From: the human T2T-CHM13v2.0 reference genome, Homo sapiens
Strand: one strand, 5' to 3'
Length of the DNA stretch: 64,000 nt
Assembly (NCBI RefSeq): GCF_009914755.1
Contig: NC_060948.1
Shown: piece by piece, positions 1-14,100 of the stretch
How the letters are laid out: every line of letters starts with the position of its first letter
Numbering within the stretch: position 1 is the first letter of the stretch
Translations under genes and position numbers: made by a program
Notes under the pieces: model-generated
Seen by the model: only the letters and a program-made list of their open reading frames with translations
Databases searched by the model: none
What the model was told of the DNA's origin: nothing

Positions 1-514
1 GAATGGAATGTACATGAATGGAATGTAATCGAATGGAAAGTAATCCAATGGAATAGAATCTAATGCAATAAAATCGACTCAGATAGAGTAGAATGTAATG
101 GAATGGAGTGCAGTGCAATGGAATGGAATGGAATTTAATGCAATGGAATGGAATGGAATGGAATGGGATGGAATGGTATGGAATGGATAGTAATGGACTG
201 GAGTGAAATGGACTGGAAAGGAATGGACTCAAATTGAAAGGGCACGAAAGGAATGGAGACAAATGGAATGGTCTGGAATGGAATGAACACGAATGTAATG
301 CAACCCAATAGAATGGAATCGAATGGCATGGAATATAAAGAAATGGAATCGAAGAGAATGGAAACAAATGGAATGGAATTGAATGGAATGGGAACGAATG
401 GAGTGAAATTGTATGCAGTAGAAGTGAATAGAATGGAATGCAAGCGAAAGGAAAGGAATGGATTGGAATGGAATGGAATTCATTGGAATGGAAGGGAATG
501 TAGTGTAATGGACA
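1..514 (+). repeat. Partial DYZ1 unit (3' end of the preceding HaeIII-defined unit)
   Basis: Colinear with 7112-7625; contains EcoRI GAATTC at 476-481. Confidence 0.9.
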
Positions 515-532
515 GGCCTGGAATAAAGTGGA
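379..532 (+). other. DYZ1 diagnostic segment (matches classical Y1.2/Y1.1 sexing-PCR primer sites; 154-bp interval; recurs in each unit)
   Basis: TTGAATGGAATGGGAACGAATGG at 379-401 and GGACAGGCCTGGAATAAAGTGGA at 510-532 (reverse complement TCCACTTTATTCCAGGCCTGTCC). Primer identities are recalled from memory, not checked against a database. Confidence 0.75.
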
Positions 533-889
533 ATGCTACGGTCTCGAATGGAATAAAAATGTATGGAATGGAATGCAATGAAACGGAATCGAATGTCATA
601 GAATGTAATGGAATGCAAAAAAATGGAATCCAAAATCATTGACTGGAAAGGCTGGGTGTCGAAAGGAATTGACTCCAATGGAATGGAATCGAATGGAATG
701 GAAGTGAATAGAATCGAACTAAATCGAATGGAATGGAATTGATAGGAACGGAATGGAAAGGAATGCAATGATTTGGCATGGAATGGAATCGAATGGCATC
801 GAATGGAATGGAATGGAATGCAATGGAATGGAATGTATTAGAATGTAATGAACTTTAATGGAATGTACTCGAATGGATTCGACTGGAAT

Positions 890-904
890 GGAATGTTCTG
901 GAAG
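890..904. promoter_or_regulatory. Perfect 3-pentamer heat-shock element consensus (HSE-1, gGAAtgTTCtgGAAg); recurs in all 19 unit starts
   Basis: Exact match to nGAAnnTTCnnGAAn. Function is inferred; HSF1 binding to satellite III is established. Confidence 0.55.
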
Positions 905-1169
905 TGAATGGACTCCAATGGAATGGATTCAAAAGGAATGGAATCGTACGGAATGGAATCTAATGGAATGGAATTAAATGGAAATGAATCAAATTGAATA
1001 GCACGGAATTGAATTGAATGGAATGGAATGCAATGGAATCTAATGAAACGGAAAGGAAAGGAATGGAATGGAATGGAATGGGCTGGAATGGAAAGGAATC
1101 GAAACGAATGGAATGGAATCGAAGTGAAGAGACTGGAATGGAATGCACTGGAATGGAAGGGAGTGTAAT

Positions 1170-1184
1170 GGAAGGTTCTCGAAA
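1170..1184. promoter_or_regulatory. Perfect HSE consensus (HSE-2, gGAAggTTCtcGAAa); intact in all units except unit 7
   Basis: Exact match to nGAAnnTTCnnGAAn; TTC>TTG at 22491-22493. Confidence 0.55.
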
Positions 1185-2194
1185 AAAATGGAATCGAATG
1201 GAATGGAATTGAATGGAACGGAATAGAGTCGAATGGAATTGAATGGAATGGAATGGACTAGAGTGAAATGGAATCGAACCACAAGGAATGGACAGGAATA
1301 GAATGGTCTCGAATTGAATGGAATCGTATGGAATGGCATCAAACGGAATGGAATGGACAGCCACGGAATGGAATGCACTCGAATGCAATGTAGTCGAAAC
1401 TAACGGACTGGAATAGAATGGACTCGACTGGTACGGACTCCAATGGAATGGAATCGAACGGAAGGGAATCGAACGGAATGGACTCGAAGGGAAAAGACTG
1501 CAATGGAAAGGTCTCGAATGGAATGGAAATTAATGGAATGGAATGGAATCGAATGAAATGGAGTCAAAAGGAATGGAATCGAATGGCAAGAAATCGAATG
1601 TAATGGAATCGCAAGGAATTGATGTGAACGGAACGGAATGGAATGGAATCCAAAGGAATGGAATAGAATGGAATGGAATCGAATGGAAAGGACTCGAATG
1701 GAAATCACTCGAATAGAATGCAATTTAATAAAATAGGATCAAATGTAATGGAATGGAATGGAAAGGAATCGAAACGAAAGGAATGGAGACAGATGGAATG
1801 GAATGGAACAGAGAGCAATGGTATAGAATGGAATGGAATCATCTGGAATGGAATTGAATGGAATGGAATAATATGAAATGGAATGGAATGGAATGGAATG
1901 GAATGCCCTTGAATTAAATGGACTGGAATGGAATGGACTCAAACAGAGTGGAATGCAAAGTGTGGAGGTAGAATGGAATGAACTCCTTTGGAATGGACTA
2001 GTAGGCAATGCAATCGACTAGCAGGGAATCAAAAGGAATGTAATCGAATGGATTGGACTGGAATGCAATGGACTCGAATAGATTGGAAACGGAATGCAAA
2101 GAATGGAATGGAATAGTATGGAATGGAATGGAAAGGAATGGAGTGGAATAGACTAGAGTGGAATGGAATGGACTGGAAAGCAATGGACTGGAAT

Positions 2195-2209
2195 GGAACT
2201 TTCTTGAAT
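2195..2209. promoter_or_regulatory. Perfect HSE consensus (HSE-3, gGAActTTCttGAAt); third GAA changed to GGA in units 4, 8, 11 and 14
   Basis: Exact match to nGAAnnTTCnnGAAn; variant tttcttggatgg at 12871, 27095, 36853 and 47527. Confidence 0.55.
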
Positions 2210-4082
2210 GGACTGGAATCAAACGGAATGGAATGCAATGCAATCAAATGGCATGGAATAAAATAGAATGAAAGAGAATCAAATGGAATTGAATCGAATG
2301 GAATCGAATGGATTGGAAAGGAATAGAATGGAATGGAATGGAATTGACTCAAATGGAATGGACTAGAATGGAATGGATTCGAATGGAAGGCAAAGGAATG
2401 GAATCTATTGGAATGGACTGTAATGGAATGGAATGGAAGGGATTGGAATGGACTCGAATGGAATGGACTGCAATAGAAAGGATTCGAATGGAATGAAAAA
2501 GAATTGAATGGAATAGAACAGAATGGAATCAAATCGAATGAAATGGAATGGAATAGAAAGGAATGGAATGAAATGGAATGGAAAGGATTCGAATGGAATG
2601 CAATCGAATGGAATGGAATCGAACGGAATGGAATAAAATGGAAGAAAACTGGCAAGAAATGGAATCGAAATGAATGGAGTGTTATGGAACGGACTCAAAA
2701 GGAATTGAATGTAATAGAATGGAGTGGAGTGGACTCGAATATAATGGACTGGAATGGAATGAAATCACATGGAATGGGAACGAATGGAATGGAATGGAAA
2801 GGAATGGAATCGAATGGAAAGGAATCGAATGGAAGGGAATGAAATTGAATCAACAGGAATGGAAGGGAATAGAATAGACTCTAATGGAATGGACTCGAAT
2901 AGAATGGACACGAATGCTCAAATTAAATGGACTCGAATGGAATGGAAACGAAAGGAATGTCATCGAATGGAATTGAATCGATTGGAATGAAATCGCATAG
3001 AATGGAGTGGAATCAAATGGAATTGAATCGAAAGGAAAGGAAGCGAATGGACTGAAATGAAATGGAATGGAATTGAATGGAAAGTAATGCAATGGAATAG
3101 AATGGAACGAAATTTCACGGAATGGAATCAAACTGAATGGAATCAAATCAATGGAATCAAATCAAATGGAATGGAAAGGAATTGAATGGAGTAGATGGGA
3201 TTGGATGGGATTGGAATGAAATGTACTGGAAAGGACTCGAATTTCATGAAACGGAATGGAATGAATTGGAACGGAATGGACTCGAATGGAATGGAATGTC
3301 ATGGGATTGCATCAAATGGAATGGCATCAAATGGAATGGAATCGAATGCAATGGAATGCTATGGAATGGAATGGAATGCATTGGAATGGAATGTCCTCTA
3401 ATGGAATGGATTCGAGTGGAATGGAATTGAATATAATGGAGTCGAATGAAATGGAATTGAAAGGAATGGGATCGAATACAATGGAATATACTGGAATGTA
3501 ACGTAATGACCTGGAATGTAATTGACTGGAATGGAATGTACATGAATGGAATGTAATCGAATGGAAAGTAATCCAATGGAATAGAATCTAATGCAATAAA
3601 ATCGACTCAGATAGAGTAGAATGTAATGGAATGGAGTGCAGTGCAATGGAATGGAATGGAATGGAATGCAATGGAATGGAATGGAATGGAATGCAATGGA
3701 ATGGAATGTAATGGAATGGGATGGAATGGTATGGAATGGATAGTAATGGACTGGAGTGAAATGGACTGGAAAGGAATGGACTCAAATTGAAAGGGCTCGA
3801 AAGGAATGGAGTCAAATGGAATGGTCTGGAATGGAATGAACACGAATGTAATGCAACCCAATAGAATGGAATCGAATGGCATGGAATATAAAGAAATGGA
3901 ATCGAAGAGAATGGAAACAAATGGAATGGAATTGAATGGAATGGAATTGAATGGAATGGGAACGAATGGAGTGAAATTGTATGCAGTAGAAGAGAATAGA
4001 ATGGAATGCAAGCGAAAGGAAAGGAATGGATTGGAATGGAATGGAATTCATTGGAATGGAAGGGAATGTAGTGTAATGGACA

Positions 4083-7000
4083 GGCCTGGAATAAAGTGGA
4101 ATGCTACGGTCTCGAATGGAATAAAAATGTATGGAATGGAATGCAATGAAACGGAATCGAATGTCATAGAATGTAATGGAATGCAACAAAATGGAATCCA
4201 AAATCATTGACTGGAAAGGCTGGGTGTCGAAAGGAATTGACTCCAATGGAATGGAATCGAATGGAATGGAAGTGAATAGAATCGAACTAAATCGAATGGA
4301 ATGGAATTGATAGGAACGGAATGGAAAGGAATGCAATGATTTGGCATGGAATGGAATCGAATGGCATCGAATGGAATGGAATGGAATGCAATGGAATGGA
4401 ATGTATTAGAATGTAATGAACTTTAATGGAATGTACTCGAATGGATTCGACTGGAATGGAATGTTCTGGAAGTGAATGGACTCCAATGGAATGGATTCAA
4501 AAGGAATGGAATCGTACGGAATGGAATCTAATGGAATGGAATTAAATGGAAATGAATCAAATTGAATAGCACGGAATTGAATTGAATGGAATGGAATGCA
4601 ATGGAATCTAATGAAACGGAAAGGAAAGGAATGGAATGGAATGGAATGGGCTGGAATGGAAAGGAATCGAAACGAATGGAATGGAATCGAACTGAAGAGA
4701 CTGGAATGGAATGCACTGGAATGGAAGGGAGTGTAATGGAAGGTTCTCGAAAAAAATGGAATCGAATGGAATGGAATTGAATGGAACGGAATAGAGTCGA
4801 ATGGAATTGAATGGAATGGAATGGACTAGAGTGAAATGGAATCGAACCACAAGGAATGGACAGGAATAGAATGGTCTCGAATTGAATGGAATCGTATGGA
4901 ATGGCATCAAACGGAATGGAATGGACAGCCACGGAATGGAATGCACTCGAATGCAATGGAGTCGAAACAAATGGACTGGAATAGAATGGACTCGACTGGT
5001 ACGGACTCCAATGGAATGGAATCGAATGGAAGGGAATCGAACGGAAGGGAATCGAACGGAATGGACTCGAAGGGAAAAGACTGCAATGGAAAGGTCTCGA
5101 ATGGAATGGAAATTAACAGAATGGAATGGAATCGAATGAAATGGAGTCAAAAGGAATGGAATCGAATGGCAAGAAATCGAATGTAATGGAATCGCCAGGA
5201 ATTGATGTGAACGGAACGGAATGGAATGGAATCCAAAGGAATGGAATAGAATGGAATGGAATCGAATGCAAAGGACTCGAATGGAAATCACTCGAATAGA
5301 ATGCAATTTAATAAAATAGGATCAAATGTAATGGAATGGAATGGAAAGGAATCGAAACGAAAGGAATGGAGACAGATGGAATGGAATGGAACAGAGAGCA
5401 ATGGTATAGAATGGAATGGAATCATCTGGAATGGAATTGAATGGAATGGAATAATATGAAATGGAATGGAATGGAATGGAATGGAATGCCCTTGAATTAA
5501 ATGGACTGGAATGGAATGGACTCAAACAGAGTGGAATGGAAAGTGTGGAGATAGAATGGAATGAACTCCTTTGGAATGGTGTAGTATGCAATGCAATCGA
5601 CTGGCAGGGAATCAAAAGGAATGTAATCGAATGGATTGGACTGGAATGCAATGGACTCGAATAGATTGGAAACGGAATGCAAAGAATGGAATGGAATAGT
5701 ATGGAATTGAATGGAAAGGAATGGAGTGGAACAGACTAGAGTGGAATGGAATGGACTGGAAAGCAATGGACTGGAATGGAACTTTCTTGAATGGACTGGA
5801 ATCAAACGGAATGGAATGCAATGCAATCAAATGGCATGGAATAAAATAGAATGAAAGAGAATCAAATGGAATTGAATCGAATGGAATCGAATGGATTGGA
5901 AAGGAATAGAATGGAATGGAATGGAATTGACTCAAATGGAATGGACTAGAATGGAATGGATTCGAATGGAAGGCAAAGGAATGGAATCTATTGGAATGGA
6001 CTGTAATGGAATGGAATGGAAGGGATTGGAATGGACTCGAATGGAATGGACTGCAATAGAAAGGATTCGAATGGAATGAAAAAGAATTGAATGGAATAGA
6101 ACAGAATGGAATCAAATCGAATGAAATGGAATGGAATAGAAAGGAATGGAATGAAATGGAATGGAAAGGATTCGAATGGAATGCAATCGAATGGAATGGA
6201 ATCGAACGGAATGGAATAAAATGGAAGAAAACTGGCAAGAAATGGAATCGAAATGAATGGAGTGTTATGGAACGGACTCAAAAGGAATTGAATGTAATAG
6301 AATGGAGTGGAGTGGACTCGAATATAATGGACTGGAATGGAATGAAATCACATGGAATGGGAACGAATGGAATGGAATGGAAAGGAATGGAATCGAATGG
6401 AAAGGAATCGAATGGAAGGGAATGAAATTGAATCAACAGGAATGGAAGGGAATAGAATAGACGGTAATGGAATGGACTCGAATAGAATGGACACGAATGC
6501 TCAAATTAAATGGACTCGAATGGAATGGAAACGAAAGGAATGTCATCGAATGGAATTGAATCGATTGGAATGAAATCGCATAGAATGGAGTGGAATCAAA
6601 TGGAATTGAATCGAAAGGAAAGGAAGCGAATGGACTGAAATGAAATGGAATGGAATTGAATGGAAAGTAATGCAATGGAATAGAATGGAACGAAATTTCA
6701 CGGAATGGAATCAAACTGAATGGAATCAAATCAATGGAATCAAATCAAATGGAATGGAAAGGAATTGAATGGAGTAGATGGGATTGGATGGGATTGGAAT
6801 GAAATGTACTGGAAAGGACTCGAATTTGATGAAACAGAATGGAATGAATTGGAACGGAATGGACTCGAATGGAATGGAATGTCATGGGATGGCATCAAAT
6901 GGAATGGCATCAAATGGAATGGAATCGAATGCAATGGAATGCTATGGAATGGAATGGAATGCATTGGAATGGAATGTCCTCTAATGGAATGGATTCGAGT

Positions 7001-7625
7001 GGAATGGAATTGAATATAATGGAGTCGAATGAAATGGAATTGAAAGGAATGGCATCGAATACAATGGAATATACTGGAATGTAACGTAATGAACTCGAAT
7101 GTAATTGACTGGAATGGAATGTACATGAATGGAATGTAATCGAATGGAAAGTAATCCAATGGAATAGAATCTAATGCAATAAAATCGACTCAGATAGAGT
7201 AGAATGTAATGGAATGGAGTGCAGTGCAATGGAATGGAATGGAATTTAATGCAATGGAATGGAATGGAATGGAATGGGATGGAATGGTATGGAATGGATA
7301 GTAATGGACTGGAGTGAAATGGACTGGAAAGGAATGGACTCAAATTGAAAGGGCACGAAAGGAATGGAGTCAAATGGAATGGTCTGGAATGGAATGAACA
7401 CGAATGTAATGCAACCCAATAGAATGGAATCGAATGGCATGGAATATAAAGAAATGGAATCGAAGAGAATGGAAACAAATGGAATGGAATTGAATGGAAT
7501 GGGAACGAATGGAGTGAAATTGTATGCAGTAGAAGTGAATAGAATGGAATGCAAGCGAAAGGAAAGGAATGGATTGGAATGGAATGGAATTCATTGGAAT
7601 GGAAGGGAATGTAGTGTAATGGACA
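4083..7625 (+). repeat. DYZ1 unit 2 (3543 bp, type B)
   Basis: GGCC 4083 to 7626; markers gcaacaaaa, aattaacaga, atcgaatgcaaagg, aatttgatgaaacag. Confidence 0.9.
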
Positions 7626-10600
7626 GGCCTGGAATAAAGTGGAATGCTACGGTCTCGAATGGAATAAAAATGTATGGAATGGAATGCAATGAAACGGAAT
7701 CGAATGTCATAGAATGTAATGGAATGCAAAAAAATGGAATCCAAAATCATTGACTGGAAAGGCTGGGTGTCGAAAGGAATTGACTCCAATGGAATGGAAT
7801 CGAATGGAATGGAAGTGAATAGAATCGAACTAAATCGAATGGAATGGAATTGATAGGAACGGAATGGAAAGGAATGCAATGATTTGGCATGGAATGGAAT
7901 CGAATGGCATCGAATGGAATGGAATGGAATGCAATGGAATGGAATGTATTAGAATGGAATGAACTTTAATGGAATGTACTCGAATGGATTCGACTGGAAT
8001 GGAATGTTCTGGAAGTGAATGGACTCCAATGGAATGGATTCAAAAGGAATGGAATCGTACGGAATGGAATCTAATGGAATGGAATTAAATGGAAATGAAT
8101 CAAATTGAATAGCACGGAATTGAATTGAATGGAATGGAATGCAATGGAATCTAATGAAACGGAAAGGAAAGGAATGGAATGGAATGGAATGGGCTGGAAT
8201 GGAAAGGAATCGAAACGAATGGAATGGAATCGAAGTGAAGAGACTGGAATGGAATGCACTGGAATGGAAGGGAGTGTAATGGAAGGTTCTCGAAAAAAAT
8301 GGAATCGAATGGAATGGAATTGAATGGAACGGAATAGAGTCGAATGGAATTGAATGGAATGGAATGGACTAGAGTGAAATGGAATCGAACCACAAGGAAT
8401 GGACAGGAATAGAATGGTCTCGAATTGAATGGAATCGTATGGAATGGCATCAAACGGAATGGAATGGACAGCCACGGAATGGAATGCACTCGAATGCAAT
8501 GAAGTCGAAACTAACGGACTGGAATAGAATGGACTCGACTGGTACGGACTCCAATGGAATGGAATCGAACGGAAGGGAATCGAACGGAATGGACTCGAAG
8601 GGAAAAGACTGCAATGGAAAGGTCTCGAATGGAATGGAAATTAATGGAATGGAATGGAATCGAATGAAATGGAGTCAAAAGGAATGGAATCGAATGGCAA
8701 GAAATCGAATGTAATGGAATCGCAAGGAATTGATGTGAACGGAACGGAATGGAATGGAATCCAAAGGAATGGAATAGAATGGAATGGAATCGAATGGAAA
8801 GGACTCGAATGGAAATCACTCGAATAGAATGCAATTTAATAAAATAGGATCAAATGTAATGGAATGGAATGGAAAGGAATCGAAACGAAAGGAATGGAGA
8901 CAGATGGAATGGAATGGAACAGAGAGCAATGGTATAGAATGGAATGGAATCATCTGGAATGGAATTGAATGGAATGGAATAATATGAAATGGAATGGAAT
9001 GGAATGGAATGGAATGCCCTTGAATTAAATGGACTGGAATGGAATGGACTCAAACAGAGTGGAATGCAAAGTGTGGAGGTAGAATGGAATGAACTCCTTT
9101 GGAATGGACTAGTAGGCAATGCAATCGACTAGCAGGGAATCAAAAGGAATGTAATCGAATGGATTGGACTGGAATGCAATGGACTCGAATAGATTGGAAA
9201 CGGAATGCAAAGAATGGAATGGAATAGTATGGAATGGAATGGAAAGGAATGGAGTGGAATAGACTAGAGTGGAATGGAATGGACTGGAAAGCAATGGACT
9301 GGAATGGAACTTTCTTGAATGGACTGGAATCAAACGGAATGGAATGCAATGCAATCAAATGGCATGGAATAAAATAGAATGAAAGAGAATCAAATGGAAT
9401 TGAATCGAATGGAATCGAATGGATTGGAAAGGAATAGAATGGAATGGAATGGAATTGACTCAAATGGAATGGACTAGAATGGAATGGATTCGAATGGAAG
9501 GCAAAGGAATGGAATCTATTGGAATGGACTGTAATGGAATGGAATGGAAGGGATTGGAATGGACTCGAATGGAATGGACTGCAATAGAAAGGATTCGAAT
9601 GGAATGAAAAAGAATTGAATGGAATAGAACAGAATGGAATCAAATCGAATGAAATGGAATGGAATAGAAAGGAATGGAATGAAATGGAATGGAAAGGATT
9701 CGAATGGAATGCAATCGAATGGAATGGAATCGAACGGAATGGAATAAAATGGAAGAAAACTGGCAAGAAATGGAATCGAAATGAATGGAGTGTTATGGAA
9801 CGGACTCAAAAGGAATTGAATGTAATAGAATGGAGTGGAGTGGACTCGAATATAATGGACTGGAATGGAATGAAATCACATGGAATGGGAACGAATGGAA
9901 TGGAATGGAAAGGAATGGAATCGAATGGAAAGGAATCGAATGGAAGGGAATGAAATTGAATCAACAGGAATGGAAGGGAATAGAATAGACGGTAATGGAA
10001 TGGACTCGAATAGAATGGACACGAATGCTCAAATTAAATGGACTCGAATGGAATGGAAACGAAAGGAATGTCATCGAATGGAATTGAATCGATTGGAATG
10101 AAATCGCATAGAATGGAGTGGAATCAAATGGAATTGAATCGAAAGGAAAGGAAGCGAATGGACTGAAATGAAATGGAATGGAATTGAATGGAAAGTAATG
10201 CAATGGAATAGAATGGAACGAAATTTCACGGAATGGAATCAAACTGAATGGAATCAAATCAATGGAATCAAATCAAATGGAATGGAAAGGAATTGAATGG
10301 AGTAGATGGGATTGGATGGGATTGGAATGAAATGTACTGGAAAGGACTCGAATTTCATGAAACGGAATGGAATGAATTGGAACGGAATGGACTCGAATGG
10401 AATGGAATGTCATGGGATGGCATCAAACGGAATGGCATCAAATGGAATGGAATCGAATGCAATGGAATGCTATGGAATGGAATGGAATGCATTGGAATGG
10501 AATGTCCTCTAATGGAATGGATTCGAGTGGAATGGAATTGAATATAATGGAGTCGAATGAAATGGAATTGAAAGGAATGGGATCGAATACAATGGAATAT

Positions 10601-11173
10601 ACTGGAATGTAACGTAATGAACTCGAATGTAATTGACTGGAATGGAATGTACATGAATGGAATGTAATCGAATGGAAAGTAATCCAATGGAATAGAATCT
10701 AATGCAATAAAATCGACTCAGATAGAGTAGAATGTAATGGAATGGAGTGCAGTGTAATGGAATGGAGTGCAGTGCAATGGAATGGAATGGAATGGAATGC
10801 AATGGAATGGAATGGAATGGAATGGGATGGAATGGTATGGAATGGATAGTAATGGACTGGAGTGAAATGGACTGGAAAGGAATGGACTCAAATTGAAAGG
10901 GCACGAAAGGAATGGAGTCAAATGGAATGGTCTGGAATGGAATGAACACGAATGTAATGCAACCCAATAGAATGGAATCGAATGGCATGGAATATAAAGA
11001 AATGGAATCGAAGAGAATGGAAACAAATGGAATGGAATTGAATGGAATGGGAACGAATGGAGTGAAATTGTATGCAGTAGAAGAGAATAGAATGGAATGC
11101 AAGCGAAAGGAAAGGAATGGATTGGAATGGAATGGAATTCATTGGAATGGAAGGGAATGTAGTGTAATGGACA
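7626..11173 (+). repeat. DYZ1 unit 3 (3548 bp, type A, private 20-bp duplication)
   Basis: GGCC 7626 to 11174; type A markers as in unit 1. Confidence 0.9.
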
Positions 11174-14100
11174 GGCCTGGAATAAAGTGGAATGCTACGG
11201 TCTCGAATGGAATAAAAATGTATGGAATGGAATGCAATGAAACGGAATCGAATGTCATAGAATGTAATGGAATGCAAAAAAATGGAATCCAAAATCATTG
11301 ACTGGAAAGGCTGGGTGTCGAAAGGAATTGACTCCAATGGAATGGAATCGAATGGAATGGAAGTGAATAGAATCGAACTAAATCGAATGGAATGGAATTG
11401 ATAGGAACGGAATGGAAAGGAATGCAATGATTTGGCATGGAATGGAATCGAATGGCATCGAATGGAATGGAATGGAATGCAATGGAATGGAATGTATTAG
11501 AATGTAATGAACTTTAATGGAATGTACTCGAATGGATTCGACTGGAATGGAATGTTCTGGAAGTGAATGGACTCCAATGGAATGGATTCAAAAGGAATGG
11601 AATCGTACGGAATGGAATCTAATGGAATGGAATTAAATGGAAATGAATCAAATTGAATAGCACGGAATTGAATTGAATGGAATGGAATGCAATGGAATCT
11701 AATGAAACGGAAAGGAAAGGAATGGAATGGAATGGAATGGGCTGGAATGGAAAGGAATCGAAACGAATGGAATGGAATCGAACTGAAGAGACTGGAATGG
11801 AATGCACTGGAATGGAAGGGAGTGTAATGGAAGGTTCTCGAAAAAAATGGAATCGAATGGAATGGAATTGAATGGAACGGAATAGAGTCGAATGGAATTG
11901 AATGGAATGGAATGGACTAGAGTGAAATGGAATCGAACCACAAGGAATGGACAGGAATAGAATGGTCTCGAATTGAATGGAATCGTATGGAATGGCATCA
12001 AACGGAATGGAATGGACAGCCACGGAATGGAATGCACTCGAATGCAATGGAGTCGAAACAAATGGACTGGAATAGAATGGACTCGACTGGTACGGACTCC
12101 AATGGAATGGAATCGAATGGAAGGGAATCGAACGGAAGGGAATCGAACGGAATGGACTCGAAGGGAAAAGACTGCAATGGAAAGGTCTCGAATGGAATGG
12201 AAATTAATGGAATGGAATGGAATCGAATGAAATGGAGTCAAAAGGAATGGAATCGAATGGCAAGAAATCGAATGTAATGGAATCGCCAGGAATTGATGTG
12301 AACGGAACGGAATGGAATGGAATCCAAAGGAATGGAATAGAATGGAATGGAATCGAATGGAAAGGACTCGAATGGAAATCACTCGAATAGAATGCAATTT
12401 AATAAAATAGGATCAAATGTAATGGAATGGAATGGAAAGGAATCGAAACGAAAGGAATGGAGACAGATGGAATGGAATGGAACAGAGAGCAATGGTATAG
12501 AATGGAATGGAATCATCTGGAATGGAATTGAATGGAATGGAATAATATGAAATGGAATGGAATGGAATGGAATGGAATGCCCTTGAATTAAATGGACTGG
12601 AATGGAATGGACTCAAACAGAGTAGAATGGAAAGTGTGGAGATAGAATGGAATGAACTCCTTTGGAATGGTGTAGTATGCAATGCAATCGACTGGCAGGG
12701 AATAAAAAGGAATGTAATCGAATGGATTGGACTGGAATGCAATGGACTCGAATAGATTGGAAACGGAATGCAAAGGAATGGAATGGAATAGTATGGAATG
12801 CAATGGAAGGGAATGGAGTGGAATAGACTAGAGTGGAATGGAATGGACTGGAAAGCAATGGACTGGAATGGAACTTTCTTGGATGGACTGGAACCAAACG
12901 GAGTGGAATGCAATGCAATCAAATGGCATGGAATAAAATAGAATGAAAGAGAATCAAATGGAATTGAATCGAATGGAATCGAATGGATTGGAAAGGAATA
13001 GAATGGAATGGAATGGAATTGACTCAAATGGAATGGACTAGAATGGAATGGATTCGAATGGAAGGCAAAGGAATGGAATCTATTGGAATGGACTGTAATG
13101 GAATGGAATGGAAGGGATTGGAATGGACTCGAATGGAATGGACTGCAATAGAAAGGATTCGAATGGAATGAAAAAGAATTGAATGGAATAGAACAGAATG
13201 GAATCAAATCGAATGAAATGGAATGGAATAGAAAGGAATGGAATGAAATGGAATGGAAAGGATTCGAATGGAATGCAATCGAATGGAATGGAATCGAACG
13301 GAATGGAATAAAATGGAAGAAAACTGGCAAGAAATGGAATCGAAATGAATGGAGTGTTATGGAACGGACTCAAAAGGAATTGAATGTAATAGAATGGAGT
13401 GGAGTGGACTCGAATATAATGGACTGGAATGGAATGAAATCACATGGAATGGGAACGAATGGAATGGAATGGAAAGGAATGGAATCGAATGGAAAGGAAT
13501 CGAATGGAAGGGAATGAAATTGAATCAACACGAATGGAAGGGAATAGAATAGACTGTAATGGAATGGACTCGAATAGAATGGACACGAATGCTCAAATTA
13601 AATGGACTCGAATGGAATGGAAACGAAAGGAATGTCATCGAATGGAATTGAATCGATTGGAATGAAATAGCATAGAATGGAGTGGAATCAAATGGAATTG
13701 AATCGAAAGGAAAGGAAGCGAATGGACTGAAATGAAATGGAATGGAATTGAATGGAAAGTAATGCAATGGAATAGAATGGAACGAAATTTCACGGAATGG
13801 AATCAAACTGAATGGAATCAAATCAATGGAATCAAATCAAATGGAATGGAAAGGAATTGAATGGAGTAGATGGGATTGGATGGGATTGGAATGAAATGTA
13901 CTGGAAAGGACTCGAATTTCATGAAACGGAATGGAATGAATTGGAACGGAATGGACTCGAATGGAATGGAATGTCATGGGATTGCATCAAATGGAATGGC
14001 ATCAAATGGAATGGAATCGAATGCAATGGAATGCTATGGAATGGAATGGAATGCATTGGAATGGAATGTCCTCTAATGGAATGGATTCGAGTGGAATGGA

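Larger units (their letters stand above)
515..4082 (+). repeat. DYZ1 unit 1 (3568 bp, variant type A)
   Basis: GGCC at 515 to next GGCC at 4083; markers gaagtgaag, gcaaagtgtggaggt, cgactagcagg. Confidence 0.9.

Noticed and set aside
67-2637. Several AATAAA hexamers per unit (e.g. 67, 522, 552, 1726, 2257, 2632)
   Set aside because: They arise easily from GGAAT by G>A changes in A-rich sequence, and there is no clear downstream GU/U-rich element.
3181-3215. G-rich patch gatgggattggatgggattgg as a possible G-quadruplex
   Set aside because: Only two GGG runs, and one is lost in many later units.
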